A stretch of 62,568 bases of DNA, the filler included. It is 11 parts of 11 records of this genome, joined end to end, with 100 filler letters (N's around TTAATTAATTAA, not from the genome) between each part and the next. Parts side by side here need not be neighbours in the genome. Positions count along the whole stretch, not along the records: positions 31,815 to 43,384 come from SRR20825010_4094; positions 43,485 to 47,814 come from SRR20825010_4101; positions 47,915 to 54,517 come from SRR20825010_4106; 8 more parts are not named here. One strand, 5' to 3'. The notes under the pieces are model-generated. The model did no database searches. It saw only the letters and a list, made by a program, of their open reading frames with translations, and was not told the DNA's origin. Positions 39,001 through 49,375 of the stretch are shown one piece after another. Each line of letters opens with the position of its first letter. Position 1 is the first letter of the stretch. The translations under genes were made by a program, and so were the position numbers.

Positions 39001-40227
39001 TTACACCTTCACAGCAGCCAACAGGGCTTCAAGCGGCCTTGGTTCCGAACTGCGAACGGGTGGCACAGCTGCCGGCGCGGGACGTGACGTAGCGGCAAAG
39101 GCGGGACGCGACGCGGGGTGAGCGGCAGGTGCCGGACGCGGGGCCGCCGCAACCGGTGTCACCGGACGTGGCGCAATAGCGGGGCGCGGAGCCGCAACCG
39201 TTGAACCCGGCACAGGCCGCGCAGTAGGCGTGGCAGTCACAGCCGGACGCGGTGACACGGCAGACGGAGACATTGCCGGAGCAACTGGCCGCGTCGCGAA
39301 AGACGTGGGAGCCGGACGGGCCGGAGCAGCGGCTGATGCCGCGGCCGGGGCAGCAACAGACGCGGTACGTGCGGTCAAGGGCGCAGCGGCAGTCGCACTA
39401 CCCGATGTGTTCACACCGAAAAGACCACGCTCCCCGGGAAGAATACGGAATGCATCGGAAATACCGATCACGGTTTCAGCACCGCCCAGGCAGAGATATC
39501 CGCCCGGCTTCATCACCTTAGCCATCCCGGAGAAAACATTGCGACGGGTCGGCTCGTCAAAGTAAATCAGCACATTGCGGCAGAAAATCAGATCGAGCCC
39601 CTGAAGACCAGCACCGGGCGCAGTCGGATCGCCAAGCAAGTTGAAATTACGAAATTTCACCATAGCTTTCAGTTTGTCTGCGATCTGGTATCCATCATCG
39701 ACACGCGTGAAATATTTTTTCAGCAATTCAGGCGGCATGCCACGCTGAACTTCAAATGCTGAATACCAGCCCTTGCGGCAACGCTCCAGCATCTCTTCCG
39801 ATATATCCGTGCCCACAAGCTCGACCTGCCATCCAGCCAAGAGGTGCGACGCCTCCGCCATGAGCATCGCTAGCGAATAAGGCTCCTGTCCGCTGGAACA
39901 GGCGGCACACCAGATACGAATCCGCTTGGAGGATTTATTGGCCTCCAGCATTTGCGGCAGTATCATCTGAGTGAAACGCTCAAAAGGCCAGCGATCACGG
40001 AAGAACAGAGTTTCATTGGTTGTCATGGCTTCGACAACCTGGATGGTGAGCGTCTCGTCTGCACGGATACGCATCTGCGCGATCATGTCGGACAGGCTTT
40101 TGTGCTGCAACTTACGCGCGATGGGAGCCAAGCGGCTTTCCAGCAAATAGCTTTTGTCTGGCGTCAGAGATAAGCCGGAACGCTCGTAAAGGAACTTACG
40201 CAAGAATTCAAAATCATCACTCTTCAA
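39001..40227 (-). CDS. cheR: Chemotaxis methyltransferase CheR with a long Ala/Pro-rich C-terminal tail
   Basis: TTNETLFFRD, ACSSGQEPYS and CRNVLIYF motifs; TTG start overlapping cheB. Confidence 0.92.
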   Translation of the reverse strand: MKSDDFEFLRKFLYERSGLSLTPDKSYLLESRLAPIARKLQHKSLSDMIAQMRIRADETLTIQVVEAMTTNETLFFRDRWPFERFTQMILPQMLEANKSSKRIRIWCAACSSGQEPYSLAMLMAEASHLLAGWQVELVGTDISEEMLERCRKGWYSAFEVQRGMPPELLKKYFTRVDDGYQIADKLKAMVKFRNFNLLGDPTAPGAGLQGLDLIFCRNVLIYFDEPTRRNVFSGMAKVMKPGGYLCLGGAETVIGISDAFRILPGERGLFGVNTSGSATAAAPLTARTASVAAPAAASAAAPARPAPTSFATRPVAPAMSPSAVSPRPAVTATPTARPVPGSTVAAPRPAIAPRPVTPVAAAPRPAPAAHPASRPAFAATSRPAPAAVPPVRSSEPRPLEALLAAVKV

Positions 40228-41447
40228 AGCGGCTCTCCTCGTGCGACCCGCCCTATCGCCTTGCCGATCTGATCCAATGGCAGAACGGCATTACAAATTC
40301 CGGCTTGCGCAACCGCACCCGGCATTCCCCAAACAATGCTTGTGGCCTGATCCTGTGCAATCAAGGAAGCACCATCCTCGATGGCCACTTTTGCACCTTT
40401 CAGACCGTCATACCCCATTCCCGTGAGGATCACGGTGAGGAGCTTACGCTTATAGATAGCCGAGAGACTACGCAGCATCGGATCAACCGCCGGCTTGCAC
40501 GAATTCTCCATCGGACCGTCATTAAGACGAATAATAGTCTGCGAACCCACCTGCTCGAACAACATGTGGACACCGCCCGGCGCAACATAGATACGACCGC
40601 CCTCCACCACCTCACCGTCTTTGGCCTCCGCTGCCGGACGCCCGGCATAGCGGTTCATATGCTCGGCCAAAATGGCCGTGAAGGTCGGCGGCATATGCTG
40701 CGTAATAACGATGGGCTGCGTAATACGGGGGTCAAGATTTTTCAGAACTTCAGAGAGCGCCTGAGGGCCGCCGGTGGAACTTCCAATGGCAATAATCGCG
40801 GGCTTCTCAATCAGAGCCTTGCGCAAGGTGAGTGGACCGGAAGGCGCGACACCGCCAATACGGGGTGCAGGTGCCACGGCCTGCTCTGACCTTGGAGACG
40901 CCGGATGCGCCGCATGACCAACAGGACGCACAGCCGAAGCGGCTGCAGGCAACCGACCCCGGCGCGCCAAACGCGCTCTCGCACCATAAGCCTGAACCTT
41001 TCCGAGCAATTCAGCGCGAAACGCATCGGCCATGCCAAGGCCTGACGTAGGCTTTGCGACATAATCCGCAGCACCAAGCGACATGGCTTTGAGGCTGATC
41101 TCAGCCCCGCGCCGTGTCAGCGTGGACGACATAATGATTTTCACATCGGGATTAACTGCAAGGAGACGCGGCAAAGCAGAAATGCCATCAAGTTCCGGCA
41201 TTTCTATGTCGAGTACGATCACATCACATTCGATTTTCGACAAGGTCTTGATCGCCTGCAGACCATCGGGGACTGAAGCAACGACCTTGATGCGCGGCGA
41301 GGTTTCCAGCGTACGGATGACGATACCGCGCACAACAGAACTGTCATCCACAACCATCACACGGGTGGTATTTTCATCAATCGACCGATCATCCGTCGTA
41401 CTAGAGGATCTTACCGGGGTCGCGGGTCTTGCCGAATGATCTACCAT
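40224..41447 (-). CDS. cheB: Chemotaxis methylesterase CheB
   Basis: Receiver domain plus GSSTGG, TQHMP and ILTGMG motifs. Confidence 0.94.
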   Translation of the reverse strand: MVDHSARPATPVRSSSTTDDRSIDENTTRVMVVDDSSVVRGIVIRTLETSPRIKVVASVPDGLQAIKTLSKIECDVIVLDIEMPELDGISALPRLLAVNPDVKIIMSSTLTRRGAEISLKAMSLGAADYVAKPTSGLGMADAFRAELLGKVQAYGARARLARRGRLPAAASAVRPVGHAAHPASPRSEQAVAPAPRIGGVAPSGPLTLRKALIEKPAIIAIGSSTGGPQALSEVLKNLDPRITQPIVITQHMPPTFTAILAEHMNRYAGRPAAEAKDGEVVEGGRIYVAPGGVHMLFEQVGSQTIIRLNDGPMENSCKPAVDPMLRSLSAIYKRKLLTVILTGMGYDGLKGAKVAIEDGASLIAQDQATSIVWGMPGAVAQAGICNAVLPLDQIGKAIGRVARGEPL

Positions 41448-41540
41448 GAGCTTACGCCTGTTCTGAGCCGAAACGAAATTCTGTCACTTCGTAGCGTTAT
41501 TTATTTTAGGCGCTTTAGAAGACCCCGTGGGGTCAGCTGC

Positions 41541-42062
41541 TCAAGCGAACAGCTGATCCACGAAATCCTGTTCAATGCCTTCGCCCTCAAGGGCTGGACC
41601 ATTGAGAAGAGTCTTGTCAGATTTTTCTTCAGGTGCAACCACTTCAGGTTCCACAGCCGAAGCACCTGCCCACGCATTCTCAAGCTGCTCTATCTTGCCT
41701 TCAACAAGCTGAAGTGTCTTCAGCACATTTGCGATGCGCTGGCCTGTAATGTCCTGAAAGGAACAAGCTTCAAAGATACGCATGCAAGCAGCATTGACCT
41801 GCTCGGTTGCAAAATCAGGCTCGGAAAGATCAAGCGCCATCATATCTTCGGCAGCCAACATGATGTCGTTGGTGGCGCTTTCAGTCATGGTAAGAATGGC
41901 ACCAATTTCTTCGGATGCACGCGGAAGATGAACTTCGCGCAATTCCGGATCATGCAGCCTACCCATTTCGCGACGCGCGACAAGAATGGTGCGCACAATG
42001 TCCACGCATTCCTGTGTCAGCCGCTTGATGCGCGCTGTGTTTTGCTCATCTGTCGACATCAA
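41541..42062 (-). CDS. cheZ: CheZ-like phosphatase (alphaproteobacterial type)
   Basis: TESATNDI, FEACSFQDITGQRI (DxxxQ) and C-terminal QDFVDQLF. Confidence 0.8.
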   Translation of the reverse strand: MMSTDEQNTARIKRLTQECVDIVRTILVARREMGRLHDPELREVHLPRASEEIGAILTMTESATNDIMLAAEDMMALDLSEPDFATEQVNAACMRIFEACSFQDITGQRIANVLKTLQLVEGKIEQLENAWAGASAVEPEVVAPEEKSDKTLLNGPALEGEGIEQDFVDQLFA

Positions 42063-42445
42063 AATTCCCCCAGAACAGCTTTGAGTTTCGCCTTGAGAAC
42101 AGCCGCGCTAAACGGTTTGATGATGTAGTTATTCACACCAGCCTGACGGGCAGCCACAACGTTTTCGACCTTCGATTCAGCCGTCACCATAATGAAAGGC
42201 ATGGTCTTCAAGCCATCATCGGAGCGAACCACTTTCAGCAGCTCGAAGCCTGTCATCGGCTGCATGTTCCAGTCGGAAATCACCAGACCGTAATCACGCG
42301 ACTTCAGCATCGCCAATGCTGTTTCGCCATCGGGTGCTTCATCTATATCGGTGAAACCCAGCTTCGAAAGAAGATTACGAACAATACGCAGCATGGTCCG
42401 ATAATCGTCCACGATGAGAATCGGCATGTTCATTTGTACAGCCAT
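42059..42445 (-). CDS. cheY: CheY
   Basis: Single receiver domain; ISDWNM, YIIKPF. Confidence 0.9.
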   Translation of the reverse strand: MAVQMNMPILIVDDYRTMLRIVRNLLSKLGFTDIDEAPDGETALAMLKSRDYGLVISDWNMQPMTGFELLKVVRSDDGLKTMPFIMVTAESKVENVVAARQAGVNNYIIKPFSAAVLKAKLKAVLGEF

Positions 42446-42479
42446 AACAAACTCCTAGTAATAGACCCGTCGGTAAAGC

Positions 42480-42953
42480 TCAGACTTCCGCGCGGATGGC
42501 GCCGAGCACGGCGGCAATATTGAGGACAATGAGAAGAGAACCATCGAGACGATAAAGACCATCAGCGATCTGGCGCCATTTGGCGTCGAGCGTTGCGGGA
42601 TTATTATCGCGCTGGCTATTGGGCAGGCGCAGCACTTCGCCCACCTCGTCCACGAGCAGGCTGTAAGGTTCGTCCTCGTACTCGACGACAACGGCCATAG
42701 CCTTCTCGGGAAAATCACTCGGCGGCAACTGCAGACGACGACGCATATTGACTGCTGTAACAATGCGACCGCGTAGATTGAGCGAACCCTCGATCTCCGG
42801 CGGCGCAAGCGGCACGCGGGTGATGCGCTGGGGCCCGAGAACATCGCGCACATGAAGCACGGGGATGCCGAAGGCCTGGCCAGCAACTGTCATGGTGACA
42901 AAATCCTGCGTCGGGCCGTGATCGTCTGTATCCTTCAGAATTTCGGCGCTCAT
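42480..42953 (-). CDS. cheW: CheW
   Basis: ITRVPLAP, NLRGRIV, LLVDEVGEV. Confidence 0.92.
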   Translation of the reverse strand: MSAEILKDTDDHGPTQDFVTMTVAGQAFGIPVLHVRDVLGPQRITRVPLAPPEIEGSLNLRGRIVTAVNMRRRLQLPPSDFPEKAMAVVVEYEDEPYSLLVDEVGEVLRLPNSQRDNNPATLDAKWRQIADGLYRLDGSLLIVLNIAAVLGAIRAEV

Positions 42954-43384
42954 GCTGCGCTCTCCCTATCTTCTTCACCTGTGGCAAGCACGCGAGACAA
43001 AGATGTCAAGAGTGCCTTGGGATCGAGTTTCGTGACATATTCCGTGAAGCCTGCATTGCGACCACGCTCGAAATCCTGCGGGCTGGCATGCGACGAAAGC
43101 GCGACCATCGGAGTTGATTTCCACTTGTCTTCGGCACGCAATGTCTTGGCAAGATCGAAACCTGAAAGACCCGGCATTTCGATATCAGAGACAATGATAT
43201 CGAACTCCTCGCCCTCCTCGCGGCAAATACCCAGAGCGGCTTCCGCATGTTCAGCGATTGTAACGCGATAGCCTGCCATCTTGAGCATGGGCATCAGCAG
43301 GTTGCGGAAGAAGCTAGAGTCTTCAACAAGCAACACGCGGCGTTCGCTTTCAACACCATAGGGTTCGTGCGTCTGCAACTCGAA
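42950..43384 (-). CDS. cheA: C-terminal receiver domain of a hybrid CheA (5' truncated)
   Basis: LLVEDSSFFRN...SDIEMP receiver directly upstream of cheW; CheA identity inferred from position. Confidence 0.72.
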   Translation of the reverse strand, partial: FELQTHEPYGVESERRVLLVEDSSFFRNLLMPMLKMAGYRVTIAEHAEAALGICREEGEEFDIIVSDIEMPGLSGFDLAKTLRAEDKWKSTPMVALSSHASPQDFERGRNAGFTEYVTKLDPKALLTSLSRVLATGEEDRESAA

Positions 43385-43484
43385 NNNNNNNNNNNNNNNN
43401 NNNNNNNNNNNNNNNNNNNNNNNNNNNNTTAATTAATTAANNNNNNNNNNNNNNNNNNNNNNNNNNNNNNNNNNNNNNNNNNNN
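43385..43484. other. Artificial contig-joining spacer
   Basis: 44 N + TTAATTAATTAA + 44 N. Confidence 0.98.
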
Positions 43485-43813
<329 letters not shown>

Positions 43814-43814
<1 letters not shown>

Positions 43815-44203
43815 TGTCCATTGCACAGAAAATCAAGGTTCTCATAGTTGATGATCAGGTGACCAGCCGGCTCTTGCTCGGCGACGCCCTCCAGCAGCTC
43901 GGGTTTACACAGATCACTGTGGCGGGTGACGGAGAGCAGGGTGCCAAGATCATGGCGCAGCAGCCGCATCATCTCGTTATTTCGGACTTCAACATGCCGA
44001 AGATGGATGGGTTGGGCTTTCTCCAGGCGGTCAGGTCCAATCCGGCGACCAAGAAGGCGGCCTTTATCATGCTGACAGCCCAGGGCGACCGGGCATTGGT
44101 TCAGAAGGCCGCCGCACTCGGTGCAAACAATGTGTTGGCGAAGCCGTTCACCATTGAAAAGATGAGAGCGGCGATCGAGGCCGTGTTTGGATCCTTGAAA
44201 TGA
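43814..44203 (+). CDS. cheY: CheY2 (rhizobial type)
   Basis: [22 protein letters not shown] resembles rhizobial CheY2. Confidence 0.9.
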
Positions 44204-44754
44204 CGACAGACGTCCAGTATCGCCGGATTCACGTGATCCAGGGCGAGTATAAGGTATCTGACGATCCGGATGTCGTGCTGTCCACCATCCTGGGGTCATG
44301 CGTCGCCGCATGCTTGCGTGACCCGGTTGCAGGCGTTGGCGGCATGAACCACTTCCTGTTGCCAGGTTCGGCCAACGGATCAGGCGGCGAAGCAACCCGC
44401 TACGGCGTGCATCTGATGGAACTGCTCATCAACGGCCTGCTGAAGAAGGGGGCCCGGCGCGAGCGCATTGAAGCCAAGATTATCGGCGGAGCAAAGACGA
44501 TCGCGGGTTTCTCCAATGTTGGAGAAAAGAATGCCGAGTTCGCTCAGCAGTTTCTGAGTGACGAAGGCATTCGCATAGTCGGGAGCAACACCGGTGGGGA
44601 TGTCGGGCGCAAGCTTGAATATTTCCCCGTCAGCGGCCGCGCCCGCCAGTACCCGCTCTCCGGTGCGGAAATGCAGAAGACAGTGGCACTTGAAACCGCG
44701 CCACCAAGGATCATTGCACCGAAGCCGGCGGATACGTCGATCGAGTTTTTCTAG
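44200..44754 (+). CDS. cheD: Chemoreceptor glutamine deamidase CheD
   Basis: [17 protein letters not shown]. Confidence 0.93.
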   Translation: MTTDVQYRRIHVIQGEYKVSDDPDVVLSTILGSCVAACLRDPVAGVGGMNHFLLPGSANGSGGEATRYGVHLMELLINGLLKKGARRERIEAKIIGGAKTIAGFSNVGEKNAEFAQQFLSDEGIRIVGSNTGGDVGRKLEYFPVSGRARQYPLSGAEMQKTVALETAPPRIIAPKPADTSIEFF

Positions 44755-44768
44755 GGAGTTCCGCCACG

Positions 44769-45161
44769 ATGACGCAATCGTCCTTTGACCCCGGCGGCGA
44801 CATGAACGAGCCGCTGCGTGAAGTAATGGCCCGGATCAGTTCGGAACTCGTTGATGTCGCTCAGTTGATCGAACGGCTCGAACCGCTCCTGTCCAATGGC
44901 CGGTCGACGGAGTTCCTTGCGTCTCCGGATCACATGCGGGTCATGCAGGGGATCGATCTTGCAGTGCAGAAAACCCATGGACTTGCGGATTTCCTCAACG
45001 GGCTCGGCGAGCGGCTGGAGCCCAGCCACCTCATCGACATCACGACCGCGCTCAATCTCATTACCCTGGAAGACATGAAGCGGCGCCTGAAGGCGTCCAT
45101 TCATGAGACCTCCTCCGCGGAGGTTTATCAGAAGGCATCGGGCGACCTCGAGTTTTTCTGA
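44769..45161 (+). CDS. cheT: CheT-like protein
   Basis: MQGIDLAVQK and SGDLEFF; sits after cheD as in Rhizobiaceae. Confidence 0.78.
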   Translation: MTQSSFDPGGDMNEPLREVMARISSELVDVAQLIERLEPLLSNGRSTEFLASPDHMRVMQGIDLAVQKTHGLADFLNGLGERLEPSHLIDITTALNLITLEDMKRRLKASIHETSSAEVYQKASGDLEFF

Positions 45162-45267
45162 CCGGTCCGGATCCGGCGGCTCCTGACCATCCTCGCGCAA
45201 GTTTCACCGTCTAGGGTGAACATACCGGTCAATGTGGCCGGCATCTTTTATTGAGCGCGGATACAGA

Positions 45268-46950
45268 ATGAGTCTGTTGAACCAGCTGTCACAAATCACC
45301 AAGAATCTGGCCGGACTCGGTCAGACCAAATTGTTGGCTCTTGTCGGGGTTGGCGCCCTGTCGATCTTGTTGATTATCGGGTCCGCGATATTCCTGAACA
45401 AGCCGACGCGCGAGACGCTCTATATCGGTCTCTCCGGTGAGGACATCAACCAGATCGGTCTGGTGCTTGCAGAAGCCAACATCGATTTCGCGACCGGTTC
45501 GGATGGCACATCCGTGACTGTCCCGGCAGGTTTGACCAACCGTGCCCGGATGCTGCTGGCGGAACGCGGACTGCCGTCCTCGAGCACCGCGGGTTACGAG
45601 CTGTTTGACCAGGTTGGTTCGCTCGGCCTGACCAGCTTCATGCAGGAAGTGACCAGGGTCCGCGCGCTTGAGGGCGAAATTGCCCGGACAATTCAATCGA
45701 TCAATGGCATTTCCGCTGCCCGTGTTCACATTGTCATGCCCGATCGCGGCAATTTCAGGCGCGGCGACCAGAAGCCGTCGGCTTCGGTGATGGTTCGCGG
45801 CGGCACCAACATTGCCGGCCGCACGGCTGATTCGATTCGTCATCTGGTTGCCTCATCCGTGCCGGGCCTGACCGTGGACGAAGTCACTGTGCTCGACGCG
45901 ACCGGCAAGCTGCTCGCCGCCGGAGACGATTTTTCCAATTCCAACATCAACCGTTCGCTCTCGATCGTCCAGATGGTGCAGACGGAGGTCGAGACCAACA
46001 TCGAAAAGGCGCTGTCGCCGTTCCTCGGGATCGAAAACTTCCGCGCCAGTGTCAATGCGAACGTCAACACCGACAGCCAGCAGATCCAGGAAACTGTCTA
46101 CGACCCGGAATCCCGTGTCGAGCGCTCGATCCGGGTGACGCGGGAAAACCAGACCTCGAACGAATCGACGTCCGCCACGCCCGCCACTGTCGAACAGAAC
46201 ATTCCCGACCAGGGTCCGGGTGCCACCGGCGCCGCAGGTCCGACATCCAGCGAGTTGGCCGAGCGCAAGGAAGAGCAGACCAACTTCGAGATCAATTCGA
46301 AAACGGTCTCCACCGTCCGCAACAGCTACACCGTCGAGGGCCTGTCGATCGCAGTGGTGGTCAACAAGGCGCGCATCGATGCAATGCTCGGCGGCGAACC
46401 CACTCCGGAGCAGACCGCGGCCTACATAGCGGAACTTGAGCAGGTGGTTGCTTCCGCGTCCGGCATCGATGCCGAGCGCGGCGACCGCGCCACCGTGACG
46501 GTCATGGAGTTCCTGGCCAGCGAAATCCTCACCGCCGATGCGGCTCAGCCGGGGTTGATGGACACCTTGAAGACCCAGCTCGGCACGATCATCAATGCCA
46601 TAGCCTTCATCACGGTTGCCGTATTGCTGATCATGTTCGGGTTCCGTCCGCTGCTGCGCGGCTCGGCCGGAACTGCCAGCACGGATCCGCTTGCATTGGA
46701 TGACGAACTGGAACTGCCCGACTTCTCGCCGGCCGCGATGGGCGGGGGCAACGCCATGCCCATGGAAGGCTTCGGCGCGGACTTCGGATTTGGCGAGGAG
46801 AACGAATCCGAACTCGAGCTCGAAGACAGCGGTGCCTTCAACCGCCGTGTCAAGGAAGGTCCCGAGCGGCGTCTCGCCCGGATGGTCGAGATCAACGAGG
46901 AACGTGCGGCGAAAATTCTCAGAAGCTGGGCCTCGAGCGAAGCGGCATAA
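45268..46950 (+). CDS. fliF: Flagellar MS-ring protein FliF
   Basis: GYELFD, RALEGEIARTI and ARVHIVMP motifs; two TM helices. Start set at MSLLNQ. Confidence 0.95.
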   Translation: MSLLNQLSQITKNLAGLGQTKLLALVGVGALSILLIIGSAIFLNKPTRETLYIGLSGEDINQIGLVLAEANIDFATGSDGTSVTVPAGLTNRARMLLAERGLPSSSTAGYELFDQVGSLGLTSFMQEVTRVRALEGEIARTIQSINGISAARVHIVMPDRGNFRRGDQKPSASVMVRGGTNIAGRTADSIRHLVASSVPGLTVDEVTVLDATGKLLAAGDDFSNSNINRSLSIVQMVQTEVETNIEKALSPFLGIENFRASVNANVNTDSQQIQETVYDPESRVERSIRVTRENQTSNESTSATPATVEQNIPDQGPGATGAAGPTSSELAERKEEQTNFEINSKTVSTVRNSYTVEGLSIAVVVNKARIDAMLGGEPTPEQTAAYIAELEQVVASASGIDAERGDRATVTVMEFLASEILTADAAQPGLMDTLKTQLGTIINAIAFITVAVLLIMFGFRPLLRGSAGTASTDPLALDDELELPDFSPAAMGGGNAMPMEGFGADFGFGEENESELELEDSGAFNRRVKEGPERRLARMVEINEERAAKILRSWASSEAA

Positions 46951-47588
46951 CGCAAGCCGTTTCCCGCCGCCGGAGTATGACCGGCTGCAAGAAAGCATCC
47001 CGCCGCGGCGAAGATCCGCAGTGGGATGCGCGGCGTTCAGGGGGCTCATGCCCGGGCCGCTCTCCGTCTTACCTGTACCGGACCATCCATTGCCGAGATC
47101 ACATGGGCGCGTTCGCAAACGGCTTGCCGGACGGCGATCCGCGGTCTTGCACATCTGTCCCGTCAGGCTTGGTCGCGCGGCGCGCCGGCGGCTTCTCAGG
47201 GCCGACGTCCATGCCGGATTCCAGCAGGAATGTGCCGGACAAGACCGGTATTTTGCGTTCTCTCCTGCACGCTTCAGCCTCGTACACAGAAATTATACAG
47301 ATTGATTCGGTGAGAGACCGTGCAAAACCGGCAAAATGAGGTAAGCTTGACCCAGAGAAAATCGGATCTGTCCAGTCCCAGAAAGTGGTTATGTTTTTTC
47401 GGGGTGAAGTCCGGCACACTAAACCTGCCAGGGAGTTGATTCGGTGACTGGCCTGGCGGGGCAAACAGGAAAGCGGCTTGGTCTCGTGGCGGGGCAATCG
47501 GTTTCAAGTGGTGTATGGATGCTGACATTTCCCCAACCATGCGGTGGTTTCTCAGTGCGCTGTCAGTTGTCGGCGCTATAGGAGGCAA

Positions 47589-47814
47589 GTGTATCTGATG
47601 ATTGCGCGCGGGGCATTTATCCATGAACTGGAAGCTCAGCGGAACCGCGGGCACCTGGATGGCGGAATGGACCTCATCTGCACCTATGCCGGTGCCAGGT
47701 CCTACCTTCTGGCCCGCACGGACCTCTACTCGGACCGCAATCACGACTTTGTCCTGACATCGAACTGGCCGTTCAACCTGGTCCGCAAATATGGCGCAAC
47801 ACTGGTCGATGGCG
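47589..47814 (+). CDS. visN: VisN-like LuxR-type flagellar master regulator N-terminus (3' truncated)
   Basis: YAGARSYLLAR...DFVLTSNWPFNLVR; follows fliF as in rhizobia; GGAGG RBS at 47581 (start GTG 47589 or ATG 47598). Confidence 0.7.
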
Positions 47815-47914
47815 NNNNNNNNNNNNNNNNNNNNNNNNNNNNNNNNNNNNNNNNNNNNTTAATTAATTAANNNNNNNNNNNNNNNNNNNNNNNNNNNNNN
47901 NNNNNNNNNNNNNN
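47815..47914. other. Artificial contig-joining spacer
   Basis: 44 N + TTAATTAATTAA + 44 N. Confidence 0.98.
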
Positions 47915-48381
47915 ATTTCCCAGCGCACGCGCGCCTGTTCAACCCGCCATTCGCCGCCTGATCCGTGCATGTCATCGGAGCCAAGATAGTAATCTTCGGA
48001 TTTTTTGAAATGCGGCAGTACGTCGTCCCAGCCCCAACCGTCACATCCCGATTGACGCCATTGGTCATAGTCGGCGGCCTGACCACGCATATAAATCATG
48101 CCGTTGATCGACGAACACCCCCCCAGGACCTTGCCACGGGGATACCCCAATGACCGGCCATTCAGACCTTCTTCGGCCTCGGTTTTAAAGCACCAATCGA
48201 CATTTGGATTGCCGATGCAATAAAGATAGCCGACCGGAATATGGATCCATGGATTGGTATCTTTGCCACCGGCCTCCAACAGAAGGACGGTGGCATTTTC
48301 AATTTCGGAAAGGCGGTTTGCAAGGGTGCAGCCAGCCGATCCTGCGCCGACGACGATATAGTCGAATTGTTGCGTGGTCAT
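47915..48381 (-). CDS. GMC-family FAD oxidoreductase (3' truncated)
   Basis: GAGSAG, WIHIPVGYLYCIGNP and RGKVLGGCSSINGMIYMRG motifs. Confidence 0.9.
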
Positions 48382-48390
48382 GCTGCTTCC

Positions 48391-49374
48391 CTAGTTTCTG
48401 GACCGAAGGCCCAGCTTGGCAGCGAGGCGTGACGCGTTGAACTCGCCGACAATGCCACGGCGGAACACCAGTACACAGACAATGAAGATAAGGCCGGTCA
48501 ACACCGTTACCGGGAAGCCGGTGGTTGACAGATAGTTCTGCACGGTCACAACAAAAGCCGCCCCGAAGATCGGGCCGAAGATCGTTCCGATCCCGCCAAG
48601 CAGGGTCATCAGGATGACTTCGCCTGACATTTGCCATGCCACATCGGTAAGGGTGGCAAACTGGAACACCAGTGCCTTGAGACCGCCAGCGAGACCAGCC
48701 AAAGCCGCCGACATGACAAAGGCGGCAAGCTTGTAGAGATTGACCGAGTAACCCAGCGAAATCGCTCGGTTTTCATTTTCCCGAATGGATCGCAGGATCA
48801 TGCCAAACGGGGAATGCACAATCCTCCAGACCATGAACACCCCAATCACAAAGACTGCCAGAACAAAGAAATACATATTCAATGGCTGGTTCAGGTCGAT
48901 AAAGCCAAGCAGATGCCCGCGTGGTACCCCTTGCAAGCCATCTTCACCTTTGGTGAATTCCGATTGCAGGCAAAAGAAAAAGAACATCTGTGACAGGGCG
49001 AGTGTAATCATCGCAAAATAGATGCCCTGGCGCCGGATGGCGAAAAATCCGATGATCAACCCCATGAAGGCGGCACCCACAACGCCAAGAAGGATACCGG
49101 CTTCGGGGGCGAATCCCCATTCTTTAACTGCGTGAGCAGTGAAATAGGCTGCCCCGCCGAAAAAGGCTGCGTGGCCGAACGACAGCAGGCCCGTGAAGCC
49201 CAGAAGCAGATTGAAGGCACTGGCGAACAGGGCAAAACACAGGACCTTCATCAGGAAAACCGGATAAAGGACGAAGGGTGCAATCACAAGGCCGATGATC
49301 AATACAGCGAGCAGGGCAAGCTGTATCCGGTGCGCCGATTGGCGGGTTTCCGATGTCATTGTTATTTCTGTCAT
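48391..49374 (-). CDS. HAAT ABC permease (LivM-like)
   Basis: GLLSFGHAAFFG, GIYFAMITLA. Confidence 0.9.
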   Translation of the reverse strand: MTEITMTSETRQSAHRIQLALLAVLIIGLVIAPFVLYPVFLMKVLCFALFASAFNLLLGFTGLLSFGHAAFFGGAAYFTAHAVKEWGFAPEAGILLGVVGAAFMGLIIGFFAIRRQGIYFAMITLALSQMFFFFCLQSEFTKGEDGLQGVPRGHLLGFIDLNQPLNMYFFVLAVFVIGVFMVWRIVHSPFGMILRSIRENENRAISLGYSVNLYKLAAFVMSAALAGLAGGLKALVFQFATLTDVAWQMSGEVILMTLLGGIGTIFGPIFGAAFVVTVQNYLSTTGFPVTVLTGLIFIVCVLVFRRGIVGEFNASRLAAKLGLRSRN

Positions 49375-49375
49375 A

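Noticed and set aside
47515..47599. 27-codon ORF (MDADISPT...) overlapping the visN start as a leader peptide
   Set aside because: No clear RBS or other support; cannot be distinguished from chance.
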